Part shown: positions 35,373-47,531 of the stretch, piece by piece
Position numbering within the stretch: the first letter of the stretch is position 1
Layout of the letters: the number at the start of each line of letters is the position of its first letter
NCBI GenBank assembly: GCA_963796965.1
Contig: CAWCNS010000005.1
Coordinates: forward strand, 1,056,001 to 1,120,000
DNA length: 64,000 nucleotides
Direction of reading: 5' to 3'
Source: Calditrichia bacterium
GTDB taxonomy: Bacteria; Calditrichota; Calditrichia; JAJRVZ01
Made by a program: the position numbers and the translations under genes
The notes under the pieces: model-generated
Seen by the model: the letters and a program-made list of their open reading frames with translations, nothing else
The model's database searches: none
Told to the model about the DNA's origin: nothing

Positions 35373-36404
35373 CTATTTATAAATATGGGTTAGGGTGTCC
35401 ACACAAAATTCGATATCATCGCTAGTAATATTCAAATGTGTAACAAATCTTATTTTATGGGGGCCAAAAGGGACGGCAAGTATTCCACTCTTCTTCATAT
35501 GATTAACGATCTCAAGAGCAGAGGTTCTCTCAAGAATTGTATCAGCGATAACTATATTTGTTTCAACTAGTTTTGTATTGACATCAAAGGTATCAATTTG
35601 ATTAAGACCCTCTGCGAGGAGCTTGGCATTGTGATGATCATCTGCCAACCTCTCAAAATGATTTTCAACAGCAAAGATGCATGCGGCGGCCAGAATACCG
35701 ACCTGTCGCATACCACCGCCAAGGGCTTTGCGATAATAATGTGCCCGCTCAATAAATTTTTCGGAACCGGCAACAATAGAACCAACAGGAGCTCCCAATC
35801 CCTTGGAGAAACACAAAGAAACCGAGTCAAAATGCCGGGCATAATCTTTTAAATTAATCCCTGTTTCAATTGCGGCATTCCATAACCTTGCTCCATCGAG
35901 ATGAAGTCTCAGGTTATTTTTTCTGGCAAATTTTCGTATTTCCTGAATCCGGTCAATTGGGAAGATCGTTCCCCCACCCCGGTTATGTGTATTTTCGAGG
36001 CAGATTAATTGCGAATGGGGGTAATGATCGTCAGGGGGACGAACGGCTGATGCAATTTGATCAACAGTAGGATGACCATTTTCGCCGGTGATAGGGTGAA
36101 GCTGAACACCAGACAACATAGCCGGTGCACCAGATTCATAATTAAAAATATGAGCATTATAATCACAAATAACTTCATCACCAGGTTGTGTATGTGCATT
36201 GATGCAAATTTGGTTCGCCTGTGTACCACTTGGTACAAATAAAGAGGCCTCTTTACCCAGCATTTCTGCAATCATATCCTGGAGATCGTTTACTGTTGGA
36301 TCTTCAGCATAAACATCATCGCCCACTGATGCCTGGGACATGAATTCACGCATATCTGGTGTAGGAACTGTAACTGTATCACTTCTCAGGTCTATTGTAC
36401 GCAT
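35373..36404 (-). CDS. ltaE: Low-specificity L-threonine aldolase
   Basis: DLRSDTVT, HLDGARL, SKGLGAPVGS. Confidence 0.95.
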   Translation of the reverse strand: MRTIDLRSDTVTVPTPDMREFMSQASVGDDVYAEDPTVNDLQDMIAEMLGKEASLFVPSGTQANQICINAHTQPGDEVICDYNAHIFNYESGAPAMLSGVQLHPITGENGHPTVDQIASAVRPPDDHYPHSQLICLENTHNRGGGTIFPIDRIQEIRKFARKNNLRLHLDGARLWNAAIETGINLKDYARHFDSVSLCFSKGLGAPVGSIVAGSEKFIERAHYYRKALGGGMRQVGILAAACIFAVENHFERLADDHHNAKLLAEGLNQIDTFDVNTKLVETNIVIADTILERTSALEIVNHMKKSGILAVPFGPHKIRFVTHLNITSDDIEFCVDTLTHIYK

Positions 36405-36585
36405 TTATATTGATACCTCTCATATATATACACGATTAAATTAATCAAAATAATAACTTAGCGCAAGAAAACAGTAACCAGGAAATATTTATATCTAGAT
36501 TCCCATCATCTGACTAAAAGGTTCATAAATTGCTTTGCTTTGCGGGATAACCTATATTTAAAAAATTAAATTTATTGCACCTCTT

Positions 36586-38083
36586 ATGTTTAAAAAAATC
36601 CTAATTGCAAACCGGGGTGAAATTGCCCTACGTATCGCCAGAACCTGCCACGAGATGGGTATAAAGACCGTTGCTGTCTTCTCCGACCCTGATATCAAAT
36701 CACCATTTGTTCATTTTTGTGATGAAGCTTTTCCGCTTCACGGCATCAAGTCATTAGATACTTACCTGAACATCGACAAACTTATTGAGATCTGTAAAAA
36801 ATCCAAAGTTGATGCCATACATCCCGGATATGGTTTTCTTGCCGAGAATGCCGACTTCGCTGAAAGAGTTAAAAAAGAGGGATTGGTTTTTATTGGTCCA
36901 ACCTCCCAGGCCATAGAGTTGATGGGGAATAAGACGGCAGCACGGACTAAAATGATCGAGGCGGGTGTAGCGGTTGTGCCAGGTACAGAAACAGCAATCA
37001 AATCAATAAAAGAGGCCTTATCTAAAGCAGAGGAAGCCGGTTATCCGGTGTTGGTAAAAGCTGCCGCCGGTGGGGGCGGAAAAGGTATGCGTCTGGTAGA
37101 ATCTTCCGAAGATCTTCCTGCTGCCATTGAAGCTGCTGGGAGAGAAGCTTCTGCAGCTTTTGGTAATGGAGATGTTTATCTTGAGAAGTACGTGGATGAA
37201 CCCCGCCATATTGAATTTCAGATACTTGCAGATTCCCATGGCAAGTGTATCCACCTGGGAGAACGGGAATGCTCTATCCAACGACGACATCAGAAGGTTA
37301 TCGAAGAAGCACCTTCAATCTTGCTGGATATAGAATTACGAACAAAAATGGGAGCAGCAGCTATTAAAGCAGCTGAAAGCATGTAACTACCAAAATGCAG
37401 GAACTATTGAATTTTTGGTAGATAAAAACCGCGATTTTTATTTTCTTGAGATGAATACCCGTTTGCAGGTTGAGCATCCTGTTACAGAAATGGTGACCGG
37501 CCTGGATATTGTAAAAGAACAAATACAAATCGCAGCCGGACATAAAATGAGTCTTGACAAGAGTGTTGACTGCTTTTGGGGACATGCCATAGAATGCCGG
37601 ATCTATGCTGAAAATCCGCTGAATAATTTTGCACCTTCACCGGGTCTTATTCAGCATATTGCCCCCCCCGGAGGGCCGGGAATCCGCGAAGATAGTGGCG
37701 TAACAAACGGGAATGAAATATCTCTTTACTATGATCCGATGATCTCAAAATTAATTGCCTGGGCACCCACAAGAACAGAAGCAATTCACCGAATGGTAAG
37801 AGCATTAAGAGAGTATGAATTACAGGGTATTCATAGCACGATCCCCTTCCTGATAAATGTGCTAAAACACAAGCGTTTTATTTCAGGAAATTTTACTACG
37901 AATTTTATCGCTGAGGAACCTTCCCTCTTCGATCTAAATAAAGATCGTGGTAAAATTGCTGCCATCGCTGCTGCTGTTTTTCACTTAAAGGAAAAAGGGA
38001 AAAAGAAATTCCAGAATACAAAAACTGGGAATGAATCCAATTGGAAAAATTTAAAAAGAAAGAAAATTCTGGCAGACAAATGA
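36586..38083 (+). CDS. Second biotin carboxylase, probably propionyl-CoA carboxylase (frameshifted)
   Basis: ORFs 36586..37386 and 37415..38083; ANRGEIA, EMNTRLQVEH, YDPMISK; next to methylmalonyl-CoA mutase. Confidence 0.88.
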
Positions 38084-38583
38084 AGATTTTTGCCGATATA
38101 GGCGACCTGGCCTGGACATTTAAACAATCTGAAAGTAAAGATACATCCCTGCGCGATGAAAAGGACAATCGAATCGCGTATTCCTTTACGCCATTGGGAA
38201 ATAACCGCTTTACTTTTATTCTGGATGGGACATCGCATTTGATCCATATTATAAAAGAGAATGGTATATACCATGTACACCTGGAGGGTGAATATTTTCC
38301 GGTAAATGTTGAAGATGAAAGATTCCGTGAACTTAAAAAATTAGTTGAATTATCAGCAGAGGGTCAGGGTGAGGAATGCATTCTCGCTCCAATCCCTGGT
38401 CTTATTGCAAAAATACTCATAAATGAAGGCGATGATGTCAAAAAAGGTGACGGATTAATTATCCTTGAAGCAATGAAAATGGAAAACGAGATAAAGGCTG
38501 ATAATGATGGTGTTATACAAAAAATATTGATTCATGAAGGTGATTCTGTGGAGAAGGACCAGGACCTTTTGATAATTGGATGA
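38080..38583 (+). CDS. Biotin carboxyl carrier subunit
   Basis: APIPG and EAMKMENE; ATG at 38080 overlaps the upstream stop. Confidence 0.9.
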   Translation: MKIFADIGDLAWTFKQSESKDTSLRDEKDNRIAYSFTPLGNNRFTFILDGTSHLIHIIKENGIYHVHLEGEYFPVNVEDERFRELKKLVELSAEGQGEECILAPIPGLIAKILINEGDDVKKGDGLIILEAMKMENEIKADNDGVIQKILIHEGDSVEKDQDLLIIG

Positions 38584-38823
38584 GATAAATTCAATTACCT
38601 GACAGTCTGATTGAACATTTATCAGCTAACTTGATCCATTTAAAAATAGCTCTCGTAAAAGCAGTAAGACCCAATAATTTGTTATATATCTTAAAGATGG
38701 ACTACAACTAAAAAGGGTTAGTTTCAATATTATCATTTCTATATTTGTCTGTGTGAATCCATGGTTAATAGTATTTTTAATATAAGATTTTGATTTCATC
38801 TTTAATGTGGAAAGGATATCAAT

Positions 38824-40429
38824 ATAAAAAAGCAAAAATACAATACTGAAGACCAGGAGAAAAAGTTTAAGACGGATTCTGATATTCCAATCAATTCTGT
38901 CTACTATCCCAATCATAATTTTGATTATGACGATTCCCTCGGCAAGCCTGGAGACTATCCTTTTACACGCGGAATCTATCCTTCAATGTATAGAAACCGC
39001 CTCTGGACCATGCGCCAATATGCCGGATTTGGTGCTGCGGAAGACACAAACAGACGATTCAAATATTTAATCAAAAGAGGAAGCACCGGATTGTCTGTGG
39101 CCTTTGATTTACCAACCCAAATGGGTTACGACTCGGATCATCCCCTTGCCTCAGGAGAGGTTGGAAGAGTAGGAGTCCCTGTCTCGTCTCTTGAGGATAT
39201 GGAGATCCTGTTTAAAGATATCCCGCTGGAAAATATCAGCAGTTCTATGACGATTAATTCAACGGCATCTATTCTATTGGCCTTTTATATTGTTCTGGCA
39301 AAAAAGCATGGATATGATTTAAAAAATCTTTCGGGAACGATACAGAACGATTTGTTAAAAGAGTATATCGCGCGCGGTACTTATATTTACCCCCCCGATG
39401 CATCCATGCGTATTATTACTGACATTTTTAAATACTGTCATGAATACCTGCCAAAATGGAATACCATAAGTATTTCCGGGTATCACATTCGCGAGGCCGG
39501 ATCTGATGCCGTCCAGGAATTGGCCTTCACCCTGGCCAATGGAAAAGCCTATGTCCAGGCCGCCAAAAAAGCAGGACTTGATGTGGACGATTTCGCCTCA
39601 CGATTATCCTTTTTCTTTAACGCACACAATAATCTATTTGAAGAAGTGGCGAAATTCAGAGCAGCCAGAAGAATGTGGGCAAAAATTATGCGGGATCATT
39701 TTCATGCCAAATATAAAAAATCTATGCTTTTGCGCTTTCATACCCAGACCGGAGGCAGCACGCTTACTGCACATCAACCAGAAAATAACATTGTTCGTGT
39801 AACCATCCAGGCCCTTGCCGCAATACTTGGCGGAACCCAGTCTTTGCACACAAATTCTTTTGATGAAGCCCTAGCACTCTACCTACCGAAGAATCCGTAA
39901 AAACAGCCCTACGCACCCAACAAATCATTGCAAATGAAAGTGGGATCACAAACAGCGGCGACCCTCTCGGTGGATCTTTTTTCCTCGAATCTCTTACCGA
40001 TGAGATAGAAAAAAGAGCTTTGACTACATAAAAACCATCGATGGTTTGGGTGGCTCGGTGGAAGCCATAAAAAAGGGTTTTTTTCAGGATGAGATATCAA
40101 AGAAGGCCTATACCTATCAAAAGGAAATAGAAGAGGGAGACAAAGTCGTTGTCGGTGTCAACAAATTTACAGAGGGAGAAGAAAAGATACCGAAAATTTT
40201 AAAAATTGATCAGAAAATGATCGACCGGCAAACAAAACGCATCAAGAAATACAAACAAATTCGAAATGCAGAGAATGTCTCTTCTGCCCGCCAAAAATTA
40301 GTATCTGCAGCAAAAGGCAACGAGAATCTGATGCCTTTTATCATCAATTGTGTCGAAGAAAATGTAACTTTGGGAGAAATTGCCGACAGTCTTCGCTCTG
40401 TCTTTGGGAGTTATCAGGAGAACAGTTAA
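38824..40429 (+). CDS. Methylmalonyl-CoA mutase, substrate-binding subunit (frameshifted)
   Basis: [39 protein letters not shown]; frameshifts near 39880 and 40040; start codon uncertain; no B12-binding domain. Confidence 0.9.
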
Positions 40430-40466
40430 AAATTTAATAGTGAACATTGAATATTGAATATTAATT

Positions 40467-40670
40467 TTATCTGACTTTCCCATACCAACTTTTTAATTTT
40501 TCATACCATTCTGGGTTCAGATAGAAAACACCAATAGCAAGCAAGGCAAAGCCTGGTATTACTGGTAGTACAAATCCCAGAATTCCCAATAGAATGAATC
40601 CCACAGCCATTTTCTTTTTATTTTTAGAAAATTTTAGTATATCTTCCCATAAAGGGTTTGATTGGTTCAT
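40467..40670 (-). CDS. Small membrane protein
   Basis: 67 aa with two TM segments and an LPVIPG motif. Confidence 0.65.
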   Translation of the reverse strand: MNQSNPLWEDILKFSKNKKKMAVGFILLGILGFVLPVIPGFALLAIGVFYLNPEWYEKLKSWYGKVR

Positions 40671-40792
40671 TTAACGCACACAAGTATATATTTGTAGTTT
40701 AAAATTTTGGGTTAATTGATAATGATGAAAAAATAGGCATCGTCCCACTTTTCTCAGATTTTTACAAATAAGGCTCTCAAATCAATATTTAT

Positions 40793-41638
40793 TCAACTAT
40801 TTAGTAATAATGTAAAATCAAAGGCTGGAGCCGAATGGGTTAATACTCCTATAGATATAAAATCAACGCCTGTTTCAGCAATTGCTCGAATAGTATCCCT
40901 TGTAACACCTCCGGATGCTTCAATTTCCATACCACCATCAATAATTCCCACAGCTTCCTTCATCATCTCAAGTGACATATTGTCCAACATAATCCGGTCG
41001 ACGTTTTTTTCAACAGCTTCACGCACTTCATCCAATGTTGTTGTTTCTACCTCTATTTTTAAATCAAGACGTGATTGGCGAAGATACGCCCTCGCCTTCT
41101 CTACTGCCTGACTAATTCCACCGGCTGCTTCAACATGGTTCTCCTTGATTAATATCATATCGTAAAGTCCCATTCGATGATTCACACCACCTCCTGCTTT
41201 CACAGCCTGTTTTTCCAATAATCGCCAACCTGGTGTTGTTTTTCTTGTATCTGTGATCTGTACGTTCAGGTCTTTCACCAAGTCCACGAATTGAGATGTG
41301 AGTGTGGCAATTCCTGAAAGATGGCCTAAAAAATTTAATGCTGTTCTTTCTGCGCTAAGAATAGATTGTATTTTACCTTCGACAATCATTACAGTATCAC
41401 CAGCAACAAGCCGAGCCCCTTCAGTTTTTAATTTGTGGTTGGACAAATTTTTGTCCTGCAGAGTAAATACCTCGCCTGCTGTTTTCATGCCAGATAGAAC
41501 ACCATTCTGCTTCGCTATTATTTTCGCCTCTCCATTTTTATCCGGATCTATTGTTGCTCTGCTGGTAATATCTCCAATTCCCAAATCCTCAGACAGGCTA
41601 TCTCTCAATTGATTTTCTATATTCTTATGGTCTGACAT
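40793..41638 (-). CDS. nadC: Quinolinate phosphoribosyltransferase
   Basis: DTRKTTPG, HRMGLYD, KENH, LDN, EASGG. Confidence 0.96.
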   Translation of the reverse strand: MSDHKNIENQLRDSLSEDLGIGDITSRATIDPDKNGEAKIIAKQNGVLSGMKTAGEVFTLQDKNLSNHKLKTEGARLVAGDTVMIVEGKIQSILSAERTALNFLGHLSGIATLTSQFVDLVKDLNVQITDTRKTTPGWRLLEKQAVKAGGGVNHRMGLYDMILIKENHVEAAGGISQAVEKARAYLRQSRLDLKIEVETTTLDEVREAVEKNVDRIMLDNMSLEMMKEAVGIIDGGMEIEASGGVTRDTIRAIAETGVDFISIGVLTHSAPAFDFTLLLNS

Positions 41639-41821
41639 ATTGCAATTTAACTCTTTTTTTTTATATATTTAGTTTATCCAGCATTAACTGAAAACATTCT
41701 CAATGTCCATAGATTAACTTTGACTCTAATTTAAAAAATAGTACAGCAAAATAATAGACTAATCTATTATATAAACTCAGCGGGATTATAACACAACAAA
41801 CAGTTTGTTCACAGGTATTGC

Positions 41822-43888
41822 ATGAATGCGAAAATAAAAAATAAAGAAATTAGCTGGTTGTCTTTTAATGAGCGCGTATTGCAGGAGGCAGATAGCAGAG
41901 ATGTACCCCTAATCGAAAGAATAAAGTTTTTAGGGATTTGCTCCTCAAACCTGGATGAATTTTACCGGGTCCGTGTAGCCACTTTAAATCGTCTTACTTA
42001 TATTGGAAAAAAAGCAAAAAAAGTTGTCGGAGAAGATCCAAATAAAATACTCAAGGAAATCACAAAAATTGCCTTGCACCAGCATGATGAATTCGATCGC
42101 ATATTTAAAAATCTCACCAACGCCCTGGCCAGACAAAAAATATTTATCATTACAGAAAAAGAACTCACAATAGAACAAGGTGAATTTGTGTCGTCTTATT
42201 TTCATAATGAGGTGAGACCCAAATTAATTCCTATTATGATCGACCAGGTTAAAGATTCTCTGGAATTAAGGGACAGAACTGTCTATCTGGCCGTATGTCT
42301 GCATAAAAAAGAATTGCCCGATGACAAACAGTATGCTTTGATTGAAATCCCTTCCGATGTGCTCCCCCGCTTTCTCATCCTGCCTTCAATTCAGGGCAAA
42401 AAATACCTGATGCTTTTAGATGATGTTATTCGGCATAATTTAGCGGATATATTTTCCATTTTTTCATATGAAGAGTTCCATGCTTATACAATAAAAATTA
42501 CCCGTGATGCTGAACTTGATATCGATGCTGATATCTCCGAAAGTTATATCGAAAAGATGAACAAAAGTTTAAAGCAACGCAAAGCAGGGATTCCCGTGCG
42601 TTTTATCCACGATTCAAATCTCCCAGAAGATTTATTAAATATTCTGAAGGTTAAACTAAATCTAAGTAAAAATGATACGGTAATCGCTGGTTCAAAATAT
42701 CATAACAACCGTGATTTAATGAATTTTCCTTCAATCGGGAGAAGCATACTCAGATATTCAAAGATTAAACGTCTTGAGCATAAAGACATTGATTCCAACA
42801 AGAGTTTACTCAAAAGCATGCGCAAAAAAGATATCCTCCTGCACTATCCCTACCATTCTTTTGACTATGTAATTGATCTTTTAAGAGAGGCATCGATAGA
42901 TCCAAAAGTTACGTCTATTCAAATGACTATTTACCGGGCTGCAAAAAATTCCAGTGTTCTCAATGCCCTTATAAATGCCAAAAAAAATGGAAAATCGGTA
43001 ACAGTTGTTTTGGAATTACAGGCCCGTTTTGATGAAGAAGCAAATATTTATTGGGCTAACAGACTTGAAGAGGAAGGGGTAAAGGTCATTTTTGGGGTGC
43101 CTGGTCTGAAGGTTCATTCAAAATTGTGTCTGATCACCCGAACAGAAAAGGACCGGCCCGCACACTATGCTATTATTGGTACCGGAAATTTTAATGAAGA
43201 TACAGCGAGAATTTATACCGACCATGCCCTTTTTACTGCGAATCGGGCTTTAACAAAAGAAGTTGAAAAGATTTTTGAATTTTTTGGCAAAACTTATCAG
43301 AATCCATCGTTTAAACATCTGATTGTTTCACCCAATTTTATGCGTAAGCGTATGAATTCACTTATTAATAAAGAGATTAAAAATGCCACTACAGGGAAAG
43401 AGGCATACATCATTCTAAAAATGAATAATCTGACTGATCTCGCCTTGATTACAAAATTATATGAAGCCAGTGAAGCGGGAGTGAAAGTAAAATTGATCAT
43501 AAGGGGCATGTTTTCATTGATTCCTGGGATAGAGAATATGAGCAGTAATATAGAAGCCATAAGTATTGTAGATAAATTTCTCGAACATACACGAATTTTT
43601 GTTTTTTGCAATGGGGGTGACGAGAAATATTTCATATCATCTGCAGATTGGATGCCCAGAAATATCGATCGAAGAATTGAAGTGACCTGCCCTGTCTATA
43701 GCGAGGAGTTAAAGGAAGAACTGAAAAAATACCTGGAGATACAGTGGAATGATAATGTTCGTGTTAGGATTTTAGATGAGGATCTTCAGAATAAGTTTAA
43801 AAAAGGTGAAAAGGGCAAGAAAAGTAGAACCCAGTGGAGTATCTACGATTATCTAAAAAGATATCACGCCACCAAGGATCCGGAATAA
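41822..43888 (+). CDS. ppk1: Polyphosphate kinase 1
   Basis: SWLSFNERVL, ARFDEEAN, KVHSK, SSADWMPRN. Confidence 0.97.
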   Translation: MNAKIKNKEISWLSFNERVLQEADSRDVPLIERIKFLGICSSNLDEFYRVRVATLNRLTYIGKKAKKVVGEDPNKILKEITKIALHQHDEFDRIFKNLTNALARQKIFIITEKELTIEQGEFVSSYFHNEVRPKLIPIMIDQVKDSLELRDRTVYLAVCLHKKELPDDKQYALIEIPSDVLPRFLILPSIQGKKYLMLLDDVIRHNLADIFSIFSYEEFHAYTIKITRDAELDIDADISESYIEKMNKSLKQRKAGIPVRFIHDSNLPEDLLNILKVKLNLSKNDTVIAGSKYHNNRDLMNFPSIGRSILRYSKIKRLEHKDIDSNKSLLKSMRKKDILLHYPYHSFDYVIDLLREASIDPKVTSIQMTIYRAAKNSSVLNALINAKKNGKSVTVVLELQARFDEEANIYWANRLEEEGVKVIFGVPGLKVHSKLCLITRTEKDRPAHYAIIGTGNFNEDTARIYTDHALFTANRALTKEVEKIFEFFGKTYQNPSFKHLIVSPNFMRKRMNSLINKEIKNATTGKEAYIILKMNNLTDLALITKLYEASEAGVKVKLIIRGMFSLIPGIENMSSNIEAISIVDKFLEHTRIFVFCNGGDEKYFISSADWMPRNIDRRIEVTCPVYSEELKEELKKYLEIQWNDNVRVRILDEDLQNKFKKGEKGKKSRTQWSIYDYLKRYHATKDPE

Positions 43889-43889
43889 A

Positions 43890-45498
43890 TCAAAGATAGG
43901 TTATCTGGTGGTCATATATATTGGGATCAAGATTTTTATATAGATAGTTTATGAAATCTGGTCCGAACTTGTTCAGAAAGTAAACAATACCCAAATATCT
44001 TTCCTGCGGAATATCATCCGGAAAAACAGCGGTATGTATTTGATCCAAATGATCAGTTTTTAATTGTTCTTTGTCTTTTCGGGCTTTGAGTACCCTGTTT
44101 TCAAAATTTGATAATGTCTGTGCCATCCGCTCAATCGTTTTTTTACCGCCATCAATTAATGTCGGATCTAACGATTTAAGATAATCAGTTATATGGCTCT
44201 CCTCTTCCCCCAAAATTTTCTGAAGGTTTGTCTAGAGGGTCTTCCTCTGTCTCACTAAAGTTTTTATAATACTGGTCAATAAAGTCTCCTTTTTTGGGAA
44301 GAAGATTTTCCGGTGAAATGGCATATTTCATTAAATATCTTTTAATTTTAGGTTCAACTATCGTTGCAGAAATTCTTGGATAGAGGTAGGGCATATCTAG
44401 TTTGAAATGATCGAATAATGAGCCCAGTTGTGCCCAATAAGCTATTTCACCTGGTCCTGCGACATAAGCAGCAACAGGCAATAGCCAACTTTGTAGCAAA
44501 GGACGACTGATAACAGTTGTAGAAATGGTTAGCGGATTTTCTTGTAACTTTTTGATCGTTTCATTTAATGAATAGTGTACCCCCTCATCTTTAAAACCAA
44601 ATAATTCATCCTGGCGATAAAGGTGCATACGTTGTAATGAATCGTTTTCTATATGTATATAGGTTTGGCCGGGTATTACCTTAACCTGATTATGGTAGCC
44701 AGATGCCTGCAATTTCTCTGAAGTCTTATTAAATAATGCAAAGACTTTATCATTATCCTCAATTAACTGATTAAAAAATGGTATTGAAGAATGTTTTATT
44801 TTTTCGTCACCAGGTTCGAAAAATAACAGTCCATAAGGTTCAAATAATTCTCTTAAAAAAGATCTTGCTGCTGCAGACCAACCGGTGCCCGGTTGAAAAT
44901 GACTCCGTAAATTATTATACAAATCATTCGAAAATTCTGTTTCGATCAAACGATCCTTCAAGTTATCAATAAGATCTTCTATAGTTTTTTCAAGTTGGTA
45001 ATGTCTGATGGACACCTTATCTCTATCCTGTCCCTCATACCTGATTTGCTCCGGCCTAAAATTTTTATTGAATATACCTGAGTGGTTAATTTCTTGAAAA
45101 TCATGGTCTTCTGTCTCGAGCCAGAAGACAGGAATAAATTTGTGATTACTCTTTTGGGAATTGAGCAACTCGGCAAGTTTGATGGTTGTAATAAGTTTAT
45201 ATATCGTGTAAAGTGGCGAAGCAAAAAGACCCAATTGCTGGCCGGTAATAATAATACGTGAATCCGGATCCTCCAGATATCGCAAATAATCCTTTGCTTG
45301 AGCAGAACTCTGGTCTTTATTTTGCTCTGATAAAATTGCTTTAATTTTCTGAAAATGTTGTGGATCAGAATCAAATTTTGGATCAATTTCAGTCAGAGGT
45401 CTTTGGGATAACGATGGTATAAAAGGATGGGTGGCCGGGAGATCGCTGATATAATCATGATAGAATTTATTATATAATTTTGTTTTGAGTGTTTCCAT
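43890..45498 (-). CDS. bshC: Bacillithiol biosynthesis cysteine-adding enzyme (frameshifted)
   Basis: ITGQQ, PLYTIYK, EDHDFQE, GPGEIAY, PQER; frameshift near 44210. Confidence 0.92.
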
Positions 45499-45660
45499 TT
45501 TTCTGCATAAAACCTATTCTGGTATTAATTTTAAATTATATGTCAAATTGAAATTTATTCTAACTCGACTTTCTGCACCTTTTAACTTACAAACGAAGGA
45601 TTTAATTCCATGTGTAGAATAGAGTACAATTCATTCGCTAAAGAAAATAAAATCATATTC

Positions 45661-46401
45661 TTAGGGTCTTTGTCCTATTAATATAACCCGCGGTGAGGAG
45701 AATGATAATTCTGATCCAAAATAATCGCCAAAGGTATATAGAATGTCTAATTCAGCATTCCTCATCATTGATTGCAGTTGGTCAGGATCATACATTTTAA
45801 CCGATTCATAAAATATCGACTGCTCACCCTCGCGGTTTAGTTTAATGATTTTTTGAACCCGTGAACCTTCTATGAAACGTTCTTGTTCAATCAACAGACC
45901 CTTAATTCTCTCTTTATGATAAGGAATTAGATTTTTTTCGATATAGGCTGTGTTAAAATAGTCAAACACAAAAATCCCTTCAGGCTTAAGTGCTTGATTA
46001 AATTGATGGAAGACGGATTCGTTTTCTTCATCGGACTCAAAATATCCAAAGGAAGTAAATAAATTTAATAGAAGATCAAAGGATTGAGATGTTGGCAGAT
46101 GCCTCATATCCGCCTGTATAAAAAACGCGGACTTTCCTTTATTCTCATTATTTTTGGCAACCTCTAATAAAGTACGGGATAAATCGATACCATAGACTTT
46201 GTAGCCTAATTGTGCAAGCTGCGATACATGTCTGCCCTGACCACAGCAAAGGTCGAGTATCTTATGGGTAGGATTTAAATCAATATGCTTCTGTATTAAT
46301 TTTACTAAATGGCGGGCTTCTTCTTCATCACGATGTGCATAAACAGTTAGATATTCATTTCCGAACCAGTTTTTATACCAGCTCTTTTTTTCTAAAGCCA
46401 T
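45661..46401 (-). CDS. Class I SAM-dependent methyltransferase
   Basis: LDLCCGQGRH, ADMR, NLFTSFGYF. Confidence 0.9.
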   Translation of the reverse strand: MALEKKSWYKNWFGNEYLTVYAHRDEEEARHLVKLIQKHIDLNPTHKILDLCCGQGRHVSQLAQLGYKVYGIDLSRTLLEVAKNNENKGKSAFFIQADMRHLPTSQSFDLLLNLFTSFGYFESDEENESVFHQFNQALKPEGIFVFDYFNTAYIEKNLIPYHKERIKGLLIEQERFIEGSRVQKIIKLNREGEQSIFYESVKMYDPDQLQSMMRNAELDILYTFGDYFGSELSFSSPRVILIGQRP

Positions 46402-47371
46402 TTTTGTTCTTTATACCAAATTAATGTTTCCCGGATTCCATTCTCAAGACCAATTTCGCATTCAAAGCCTAACTCCTTTTTCGCTTTGTCCGGCGCACAG
46501 GTCCAGAAGTCCTGTTCCATATCTATAACTTTTTGTTTGTTTACAAGGGCTGGTTTTTTTGTAATGAAGAGAGGCCTTCACTGAAATAGGCGATACCTTT
46601 CATAAGCCCGACAGGGATGGGGACATTTATTCCTTTTTTTTGAAGAATTTTCAAGGTGATTTTTGATATCTCGTCCCAGGCATAGGGTTCCGGACTTGTA
46701 AGAAAATAAACTTTACCAATAGATTTTTCATTTTCTGCGGCCATCATTATACCACGCACAAGATCCTTAACATGGATGAGACTCAGATATTTATCTGCAC
46801 CGCCAAGTTTTGGAATAATACCAAACTTGACCGTTCTGAAAAACTCAAGGATATCGGTATCTCGGGGCCCGTAGACCGCAGGGGGCCGTAAAATTGTCAG
46901 GTTTATCTTATCCATCATCGCGATAGCATATTCTTCAGCGGCCCACTTACTTTTTCCATAATCCGTGAGTGGGTTTGCCGGATGATTCTCATCAATAGGA
47001 ATCAGGGTCGGGCTAGGGCCCACTGCTGTTTGTGAACTGACCAATACAAACCGTTTAATCGTTTTTTTGTGTTTAACTGCTGCATCAATAAGATTTTTAG
47101 TTCCCTCAAAATTACCCTGAAAATATTCGTCTTTTGTTCTGGCTTTGGTAACACCTGCAAGATGGTATACCATATCGGCACCTTCCAAACCACGAATCAG
47201 CGAATTTTTATCGATCAGACTGCCATAAAAACATTCAATATCAAGATCAGCAATCCAGCGTAAATTACTTTGTTTTCTTACCAAACAGGTCACTTGATGA
47301 CCAGCCTGGATTAAGGCTTCAGCCAGAAAACTTCCAATAAATCCTGTTGCCCCTGTAATAAATACTTTCAT
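46392..47371 (-). CDS. NAD-dependent epimerase/dehydratase (extended SDR); candidate ceramide reductase (frameshifted)
   Basis: TGATGFIG, YGKSK, RPPAVYGP; the C-terminus continues in another frame to ...WYKEQKWL*. Confidence 0.85.
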
Positions 47372-47531
47372 GGGATCCTATTTTCCTATTTTTATTAATA
47401 ACAACAACTAAACACAGATAAAAAATAATGGCATATTTTACTTAACTTTCCTATATTTCGCAAATCAAATATAATTCTAAACTTATGACGATTTTAATAT
47501 GAATTTCACTAAATATCGGATAGGAGGATCA

